From Acidimicrobiia bacterium (GTDB lineage Bacteria; Actinomycetota; Acidimicrobiia; Spongiisociales; ZC4RG35): a stretch of DNA of 64,000 nucleotides. The notes beneath the pieces are model-generated. The model had not been told where the DNA came from and made no database searches. It worked only from the letters and a program-made list of their open reading frames with translations. Of this stretch, positions 1 to 7,319 are shown one piece after another. Within the stretch, counting starts at the first letter, position 1. Each line of letters starts with the position of its first letter. The stretch lies in NCBI GenBank assembly GCA_965203555.1, contig CBDBCY010000004.1, positions 2,304,001 through 2,368,000 on the forward strand, given 5' to 3'. The position numbers were made by a program, and so were the translations under genes.

Positions 1-755
1 GAGCCGATTCCAAGGCCATCGTGACTCACGTCGGCGATGTCCTGTCGCTACTTACCCATGACGACGAGGTGTGGTCGACAGAGGTTCTGCCGGTAAGACC
101 GGGGCTTTTCCAAGCGCCGGCCTGGATTTCCCCGGATCGGATTCTGGTTACTACATCCAATACACCCGGCGGCGTCGAGGTGGGTATGAGAGCAATCCCC
201 GGCGTCCAGGGCGATCCATCCGGGCAACGCCTGATTGTCAGTAATTTGGATGGTCGTTCCATCAGCACTTTGGCTGATCTGGAGGGGGCGGCAGCCTTTG
301 AGCCAGACCCTGACGGATCAAGGGTGGCGTTCACCGATTTCGACGGTCCGCTGATGGTATTGGACATAGCGGAAGGAGTCTCGTCGCCGGTTTCCGAAGG
401 AAGAGTTGCCGCGTTCCAGTGGAGCCCTGACGGAAGTCGGCTCTTGCTGATGGAGGTGGACCCCGAGGCGCAGCTATTGGTGCCCAAGGTTTGGGATGGA
501 AGCGACACACTGGTGTTCCCCCCATTTTTCCCCACCCGGGTGTTCCTTCTTCAATACCTGCCGTTTTGGGATCAATACTCCCGAAGTCTTACCCTCTGGG
601 CGCCGTCCGGAGAGGCCTTCACTCATCCGGCTGCAAATGCGGACGGGGATCGGATCATGGTACAGCACTTGAGTGAAGCAGGGCCCGTCGAGGTAAGCAG
701 AGGCGTCTTTGCCAGCTGGTCTCCCTCTCCGGTCTCGGTCGCCCCGCAGCCATAA
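1..755 (+). CDS. TolB-like (PD40/WD40) beta-propeller protein, probably 5'-truncated by the window edge
   Basis: Repeated propeller motifs 'PDPDGSRVAF', 'FQWSPDGSRL', 'LWAPSGEAF', 'FASWSP'. Stop at 755. Confidence 0.7.
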   Translation, partial: ADSKAIVTHVGDVLSLLTHDDEVWSTEVLPVRPGLFQAPAWISPDRILVTTSNTPGGVEVGMRAIPGVQGDPSGQRLIVSNLDGRSISTLADLEGAAAFEPDPDGSRVAFTDFDGPLMVLDIAEGVSSPVSEGRVAAFQWSPDGSRLLLMEVDPEAQLLVPKVWDGSDTLVFPPFFPTRVFLLQYLPFWDQYSRSLTLWAPSGEAFTHPAANADGDRIMVQHLSEAGPVEVSRGVFASWSPSPVSVAPQP

Positions 756-757
756 TC

Positions 758-994
758 GGGGCCCTGAACCAGGGCCCCACCCCCACCGCCGCCAAACCGG
801 TTGGAACGAGGTGTGGCCAGGCTGGCGCCAGCCGGGTGGATTACCTCGTGTGAGAAGCCGAGGAACGGCAAGGAAGAGACGCCCTCACCGATGGAACCGT
901 TTCGGTGGAGGACGCTCGGATTGATCCCGCTTAGGTGGAACCTGCCAAAGCGGTGATTGTCGATGCGAACAGTGTGCAGTTGGGGGTGTGACAC
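758..994 (-). repeat. Copy A of a dispersed structured non-coding element (candidate ncRNA)
   Basis: Minus strand: GTGTCACAC-9nt-CACACT (994-971), CACCG (955-951), hairpin, GGGATCA (928-922), GGCGGCGGTGGGGGTGGG (793-776), terminal hairpin 758-778. The same blocks occur at 38045-38216 and 43204-43400. Confidence 0.55.
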
Positions 995-1463
995 TAAGGA
1001 ACAAAAGCCGTAAAAGATCCAACCACGAATGCTTCTTGATCAGCTACGGTGTGCTCGGTTGGCTAGGGCGTGTTCATGTTTCGGAGGGTGTTGTGGATGG
1101 GGGCGAAGGTGTTGAGGGCGAGGATATGTCGAGTTTTCGAATCGGGAGAGGTTTTCGTCGGTAGCTCTTGGTTTCCTGAGAAGTCGTTCTACTGGTTAGG
1201 TCTTGTGTCCGTTTGCTGTGGGGATGACGAGCCCTTCTGGCCGGGCGGGGTGGTCAACCCCTTGGAGCAGGTGGTCCTTGTTTTGTTGGGTGTCCGCATG
1301 TGGGTGAAGACTTGTTCTGGTTTGCTTGGCGACAGGGAGGAACCTCCGATCGGGAGGGCCGGTTCTGTCACCAAGCGCCCGGTGGGTCGGGTGTCTTGCG
1401 GCAACCGTTTGGTGGACTCTTGCGGAAAAGTTTTAGTGTTTGTTTTCACAACTTGGTGATGTT

Positions 1464-1486
1464 TTGTCACACCCTCTGTGCATACT
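1464..1486 (+). promoter_or_regulatory. PafBC/RecA-NDp-type DNA-damage promoter motif, leaderless start at ATG 1493
   Basis: TTGTCACAC-8nt-CATACT resembles the mycobacterial consensus tTGTCRgtg-N8-TAnnnT. The ATG follows 6 nt after the -10 box. Confidence 0.55.
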
Positions 1487-2507
1487 GTAGACATGAAACA
1501 AACAGTCAACAGTCGGCGGTCCGCCAACCTGGCCAAGTTGCTGTCACCCACCATGCCGGTCGTGGATGCGTCGGTTGAAGAACTGAAACAGCGTATCCAG
1601 TCCACCATCCGTGTCCAGAACCAAGTGGCGGCGGTCCGCGCCCAGGCGGTGTCGGAGTTGCGCCGCCGCCAGGGGACGGAGAAGGTGGAGACGATTTTGC
1701 GGGAAGACGGTCTGTTGGGCCGTCGGAAGGCACGGTCGGAGGTGGAGACCGCCAAAGAATTGGAGGAGCTGCCCAAGACGCGGGAGGGTTTCCTAAAGGG
1801 AGAGATCTCTGCTGACAACGCGCGTATCCTGGCGGGCGCCAACCAGAGGGGAACCATCATCGAGGACGAATTGTTGGACGGTGCCCGTTCCCAGTCTCCT
1901 GACAAGTTCGCGGCTACGGTACGCAAACACGAACAGAAGCGTTCAGAGGATGATGGTGTTTCCAAGTTGGAGCATCAGCGTTCCCGCCGGTTCGCGAGGA
2001 TCACCACCGACCAGGACGACGGGATGACCGTCCTGTACGGGCGTTTCGACCCGGTCACCGGCGCCCGGGTGGAGACGGCGGTGTCTCACATGATGAAACA
2101 ACTATGGCACCAAGAAGACCCCACCGAGCGGGCTACTGCGGGTCAGCGGATGGCCGACGCCATAGCCGAACTGGTCACCCGCCAAGGAAAAGACGGTCGA
2201 TCGCAGGGCGTGCGGTTGTTGTTGATCGCCGACTACGACACGGTCAGCCAACAGTTGGGCAACCCTCGCCTCGAGAACGGAACCCCCCTCCCCGCCCGTA
2301 CGCTACGCCAGTTGGCCTGCGACGCTCAGATACTCCCCGCCGTCTTCTCGGGTTCGTCGGTGCCGTTGGATTTGGGACGGGCGCGGCGGACGGCCAGCGG
2401 TTCCCAACGGGCCGCGCTGGTCGCCCGGGACAAACACTGCATCGGGTGCGGCGCCAAGGCCTCCTGGTGCCAGGCGCATCACATCGTCCACACTCATACT
2501 TATAGGC

Positions 2508-2684
2508 GTGTCCGGGCCGGGCAAGTCTGACTCAATCGTTAACCGACCTGTTGTCTTGTGCCAGATCTGTCGGCTTGTTCCGGCCCGGACACAAGCACCT
2601 CCCGAAGGGGGGCGGGGTGACTTGATAGGAGCTTTGATTTCTCCGCCACCGCGAGTGTTCCGTCCGCTGCTCCCCTTTTTCGGG
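2508..2684 (+). ncRNA. IS110 bridge RNA (target-binding and donor-binding loops)
   Basis: Stem GTGTCCGGGCCGG (2508-2520) / CCGGCCCGGACAC (2580-2592) encloses ATCGT and TGCCAG, which match the target flanks. A second stem (2601-2621 / 2662-2684) encloses ATAGGAGC and GAGTG, which match the element's own ends. Confidence 0.8.
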
Positions 2685-2719
2685 CAGGTCGAAAGAAGCG
2701 TACCTCGAAAGAGGGGAGG

Positions 2720-3936
2720 ATGAACATGAAGAACCGGGCTGATATCTATGGTGGGGTTGACACCCATCGTGATATGCATGTCGCAGCAGTGGTGGACACC
2801 ACCGGTCGAGTCCTGGGAACGGCTTCGTTTCCGACCGATACGATCGGCTACCAACAACTACACGATTGGTTCAGGTCATTGGGAAGGGCACTCCGAGTAG
2901 GAGTGGAAGGCACCGGAAGCTACGGTGCCGGCCTGACCCGTTATCTGACCCGGGTCGGTATCGAGGTGGTGGAAGTCAACCGTCCCAATCGCCAACTGCG
3001 CCGACAGAAGGGCAAGAGCGACACCGTGGACGCTGAAGCCGCCGCCCGCGCCGCTGCCAACGGTATGGCCACTGCTCTGCCCAAGACCGCCGACGGGCCA
3101 GTAGAAGCGATACGGATGTTGCGGGTCACCCGCCGCTCGGCGGTCAAAGCCCGCACCCAGGCCGCCAACCAACTGCACGCCCTGGTGGTAACCGCTCCCG
3201 AGCAGGTAAAACACCAACTGGTGGGCAAACCCATCCGTACCAGGGTCAGGATCTGCGCCGCGTTCCGTCCCGCCGACGACCACACCACTGTCGCCTACAC
3301 CAAGAAAACTCTCCGTCACCTCGCCCGCCGCTACCAGACACTCACCGCAGAGATCCGAGAACTAAACACCGAAATCGAACGTCTCTGCGTCCGGGTCAAC
3401 CCAGCACTCATCGCCGCGGCCGGGGTGGGCCCGGACGCAGCAGCCGCGTTACTGATAGCATCCGGCGACAATCCCCACCGCTTGCGCTCAGAAGCATCCT
3501 TTGCGGCGCCAGTCCCGTCCAGGCCTCCTCAGGACAGACCGTACGGCACCGCCTCAACCGCGGCGGGAACCGCCAAGCCAACAACGCCCTCTGGCGTATC
3601 GCCATCACCCGCATGCGCATCAACCAACCCACCCAGGAGTACGTCCGAAAACGCCAATCCGACGGCAAAACCCGCCGCGAAATCATCCGTTGCCTCAAAC
3701 GCCACATAGCTCGAGAGATCTACCACCTACTCACCAACCCCCCACCAACACCCGACACCGCCCAGCTCCGCACCCAACGACAACACCACCAGATCACCCT
3801 CACCCACGCCGCCACAGCACTCCGCATCCACCCCACCCTCCTCTCAAAACTGGAAAAAGGCCAACACCACGACCACCAACTCGCCACCACCTACCAACAC
3901 TGGCTCACCACCCAAAACCCGATTTGGAAAAAATAG
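2720..3936 (+). pseudogene. IS110 transposase/recombinase, frameshifted near 3508
   Basis: 'GGVDTHRDMH', 'GVEGTGSYG' and 'GKSDTVDAEAAA' (DEDD domain). After 'SEASFAA' the conserved 'SPVQASSGQTVRHRLNRGGNRQANNAL...RCLKRHIARE' continues in another frame to the stop at 3936. Confidence 0.9.
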
Positions 3937-4503
3937 GAGCATCTGGCAAGACGGGGGTCCCACGAACCTGGACAACATGTGTCTTTTGTGCAGCAGATGC
4001 CACCACAAAGTCCACGACAATGACTGGACAGTACACAAAACCCCAACCGGCGAATACACCCTCCGCCGCCCATCAAGCATCGCCTGGCGACCACGGCACC
4101 GTACCCCCAACCGCTACCGCCGCCGATCCACGCGCCGACGCCCGATCAAACAGAGAAAATGACCGAACCCGCGTCCTGTCTCTATGGTTCCTGCCAGCCC
4201 GTTTTTGCCACTCTTGATCCACGCCCATCCCCAATGGTGTCCCTGGAAGCACTTTGAACACCAGATACAACACCCCGCTAATTGTTTACCGGCTCAAACG
4301 GTCATAAACAGCGCGCCACCTCCCAAACCGGGACGGCAACCCCCGCCACCTGCCGCCATACTCCCGTCACCTGCCAAACAGCGTTCAACACCTTACAGAT
4401 TCAACAAGCCTGCCCATGCACCCTGACACCGCAAAACAAACCGCTATCCGTCCACTGAATCCCAACATCTCCACCGCTACACCACCCAGGCGTGAAACAC
4501 GCC

Positions 4504-4863
4504 CTAATCCCAGCCCAGTTGGTGCAGTCGCTTTTCCGAGAGACCCAGGTAATGTCCCAGTTCGTGCAGCAAGGTCCGGCGGATCTCTTCTTCGGTCTCG
4601 GTCCGAGAAAGCCCCAGGTCCAGATGAGCCAACCGGTAAATGCGAATCTCGTCGGGCAGGACTCCCCAATAGTCCGCAGCGCGGTCCAGCAGTGAGACCC
4701 CGACATATTCACCCAGCAACTCATCCCCACAATCTGCCTTCCTCTCCTCTGGAGGAGGGGCGTCCATGGCCACCACCACCACGTTGTCCATCAACGAGTT
4801 CACCCATTCGGGTAGTTCGGCCAGTGCCCGGTCTATCACCTGCTCGAAGTCGTCCCTGCGCAT
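4504..4863 (-). CDS. Zincin-like metallopeptidase family protein (DUF1025-type)
   Basis: 'LLGEYVGV', 'LPDEIRIYR', 'TLLHELGHYLG' (HExxH). Confidence 0.85.
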   Translation of the reverse strand: MRRDDFEQVIDRALAELPEWVNSLMDNVVVVAMDAPPPEERKADCGDELLGEYVGVSLLDRAADYWGVLPDEIRIYRLAHLDLGLSRTETEEEIRRTLLHELGHYLGLSEKRLHQLGWD

Positions 4864-4873
4864 TTGTGGGTTC

Positions 4874-5272
4874 TCAATACAGCGCAAGCACCGCTTCGAT
4901 TTCCACTACCGCTCGGGGGTCGGCCAATCCGCTGATCACAAGCAGGGTGTTGACCGGATAGTCGCCGTCGGGGTACCACTCCGAAAACACTTGGTTCCGT
5001 CCCTGGTAGAAACCCTGTAGGGCGGTCGCTGTCACGTAGGTTCGCAGGGAGGCGATGTCTGATGGGGAGGCGCCCAAGGATCCGACTAAGGCGTTGAGAT
5101 TGGAAAGGGCGTCCCGGGTCTGAGCGGCAGGGCCTTGCGCCATCGTTCCGTCTTTCCGACGACCGGTCTGTCCTGCCAGCCAGGCCAGGGAGGCGCCGGG
5201 AGGAGCTCGGGACACCAGTGAATACGGGCCGGTTGGGCGGCTTACTCCCGGCGGATTGCTTTTCCACAGCAT
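4874..5272 (-). CDS. RidA/YjgF/UK114 family protein
   Basis: 'GPYS', 'LAGQTG', 'YPVNTLLVISGLADPRAVVEIEAV'. Divergent from the large operon. Confidence 0.85.
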   Translation of the reverse strand: MLWKSNPPGVSRPTGPYSLVSRAPPGASLAWLAGQTGRRKDGTMAQGPAAQTRDALSNLNALVGSLGASPSDIASLRTYVTATALQGFYQGRNQVFSEWYPDGDYPVNTLLVISGLADPRAVVEIEAVLALY

Positions 5273-5325
5273 GACGACGTTGGCAGGAATCTACCAGCCG
5301 AAGTTCCGTCTTTCCAGATCTGCTA

Positions 5326-5341
5326 AGATTGGATCCAATCT
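5326..5341. promoter_or_regulatory. Perfect 16-bp palindrome AGATTGGATCCAATCT, probable GntR (VanR/FCD-type) operator
   Basis: Lies in the divergent promoter region between ridA and the cupin gene. Core ATTGGATCCAAT. A related site ATAGGATACAAT lies at 9829-9840. Confidence 0.65.
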
Positions 5342-5373
5342 GACAAATGCTCCCATAGGAGGTCTCCACCAAG

Positions 5374-6414
5374 ATGACAACCCGCACTCGTACCGCCACC
5401 AGTCACTACGAAGTCCAGAAAAAGCGCAGATCCGACGAACTGGAGTACTGGCGAGAGAACCGCCTGCACGTCGTCAGAGGCTCGGAAGTGGTCATGCATC
5501 CCACCCCCCGGGGAATTGACCGGGGAGTGCTGGTGGGGCTGGACGGGGACCGGCCGAGTCTGGTGCTGGACGCCCACCGCCATGACATGGCGCCGGGTGT
5601 GGTCTCCACGGTTCATCGTCACTCCTGGGACGCCATCATGTTCGTAACCGATGGTCGAGGATGGACGGAAGTCAACGGGCGGCGATACGACTGGAGGGCC
5701 TGGGACACCGTGTACCTACCCGCCTGGGCATGGCACCGCCACGGAAACGAAGGGGATTCCACCGCCTCATACGTCACCTTCGGCTCCGAACCCTTGGCGG
5801 AATTGGTGGGCATGGCCATCATCGAAGAAGGGGGCGATGCTCCTTTTGGTGATCTCCCGCCCTCGCTGACGGTGGCTGCCCCGGGGATGGGTTCGGATCC
5901 CTACACGCGACGAATCGAGCGTTTGGCCCGCCGCCAGGAGGCCTTTTCGGAGACTCGCATCATGACCGCTTTTGACGACATCCCTTTCCGGGTGACTCCC
6001 CGCGGGGCTCGAAGCGGGTTTCTGGTGGACCGGAGTCTCGGATACAACACTGGTGGCCTCACCGCGGTTATACACCAATTGGCGCCGGGTCTCTACCAGT
6101 CTCGCCATCGTCACGGGGGAGAGGCTTGGCTCTACTGCACTACCGGCCAGGGGTACAGCGTCATTGATGATGAACGCTATGACTGGGGTCCCGGTGACAT
6201 GGCCGTGGTCGACCACTGGGCCTGGCACCAGCATTTCAATGCCTCCGATACCCAGATAGCCGCCATTATCCGGGTTCACAACTTCGACAGTCTCTACATG
6301 GGCATGCGGGCGTTGCTGGACCCCTTGCCTCTCTTCGAGGAACCTCCCAAACTGGATGCTCCCGATCTCGCCGACATGGAATGGCCCCCTGCCGACGCCG
6401 GTCGACCGCAGTGA
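5374..6414 (+). CDS. Bicupin protein (gentisate 1,2-dioxygenase-like)
   Basis: Two cupin repeats: 'HRHSWDAIMFVTDGRG...PAWAWHRHGN' and 'HRHGGEAWLYCTTGQG...HWAWHQHFN'. GGAGG RBS upstream. Confidence 0.8.
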   Translation: MTTRTRTATSHYEVQKKRRSDELEYWRENRLHVVRGSEVVMHPTPRGIDRGVLVGLDGDRPSLVLDAHRHDMAPGVVSTVHRHSWDAIMFVTDGRGWTEVNGRRYDWRAWDTVYLPAWAWHRHGNEGDSTASYVTFGSEPLAELVGMAIIEEGGDAPFGDLPPSLTVAAPGMGSDPYTRRIERLARRQEAFSETRIMTAFDDIPFRVTPRGARSGFLVDRSLGYNTGGLTAVIHQLAPGLYQSRHRHGGEAWLYCTTGQGYSVIDDERYDWGPGDMAVVDHWAWHQHFNASDTQIAAIIRVHNFDSLYMGMRALLDPLPLFEEPPKLDAPDLADMEWPPADAGRPQ

Positions 6415-7319
6415 TCGGAAGGGCCGACACGGCGAGGGAAAACCTCCGCCAAGACCGGTACGGATTCCTGCGCTGGCGACTCCTCCCTCAACCGGGCTGG
6501 GAGCAGTGGTGGGACCGGATCGTGGTTCCTGGGGGAATCAAGCAGCGGTTGGACGACTACACCCGGCAGGCGATCCGTCTGCGGGCCAGGTTCACGCAGG
6601 TGGGAATGCCGCTGCACGGCTTGGTTCTTCTCTACGGTCCGCCAGGAACCGGGAAGACCTCCCTCGCCAAGGGCCTGGCCAACCGTTTGGGTCAGCATCG
6701 CGGCCAGATCATCTTCGCCGAGGTGGATGCCCACGCCATGCCGTCGCAGATGTTGGGGGAGAGCCAACGCAATGTGGCGAATCTGCTCGAGAAGTCAATT
6801 CCGGAGTTGGCCGCCAAGGAACTGCCGGTGGTGGTGTTGATCGACGAGGTGACCTCGGTGGCGGTCAACCGGCAGATGGCGATGGGAGGCACCGATCCGG
6901 TGGATGTGATCCGCGCCACTGACGCCGCGCTCCAGGGGTTGGACCGTCTGGCCTCCGATCATCCCAACGTCCTGCTGGTTGCCACCTCCAACCTGGAGGG
7001 GGCCATCGATGAGGCGGTCCTGAGCCGGGTGGATCTGGCGGTCGAGATCGCGGTTCCCGACCGGGGTGCGAGAGTGCAAATCCTGTCGGACAGCCTGTCC
7101 GAACTGGCTTCGGTATTCAACTCCCGGGGCGCCGCCGTGGATGTGGACCAGAGTGAACTAAGTGACTTGGCGTCGGATCTGGCAGGACTGTCCGGTCGGC
7201 GGCTGCGCAAGCTGGTGTTCGAAGCCGTGCTGATTGCCGGGGAGTCCGGTCAGACCGGATTGACCGTCGAACATCTTCGAATGGCAACGGATCGTTCGGT
7301 CTCCGGGATTGGGCGATGA
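6411..7319 (+). CDS. AAA+ ATPase, Pch2/TRIP13-like
   Basis: Walker A '[18 protein letters not shown]', Walker B 'VVVLIDEV', '[16 protein letters not shown]', sensor 'NVLLVATSN', '[10 protein letters not shown]'. GTGA overlap with the cupin stop. Confidence 0.85.
   Translation: [302 protein letters not shown]

Larger units (their letters stand above)
2492..3943 (+). mobile_element. IS110-family insertion sequence (~1452 bp)
   Basis: Boundaries are fixed by reconstituting the host gene (gtcca-C-tggcaag; the single C at 2491/3943 is ambiguous). No terminal inverted repeats. DEDD recombinase gene and ~230 nt non-coding left end. Confidence 0.92.
1493..4162 (+). pseudogene. DUF222 + HNH endonuclease (13E12-repeat-like family), interrupted by IS110
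   Basis: The 5' part ends 'RDKHCIGCGAKASWCQAHHIVH' at 2491. Reading resumes at 3944 with 'WQDGGPTNLDNMCLLCSRCHHKVH'. Joining the two gives an intact in-frame HNH motif. Also 'LRQLACDA' and 'PLDLGRARR'. Confidence 0.9.

Noticed and set aside
1070-4262. Terminal inverted repeats delimiting a DUF222 element (1070-1105 versus 4225-4262)
   Set aside because: Only patchy similarity (GTGTTCA...GGATGGG), explainable by the local base skew.
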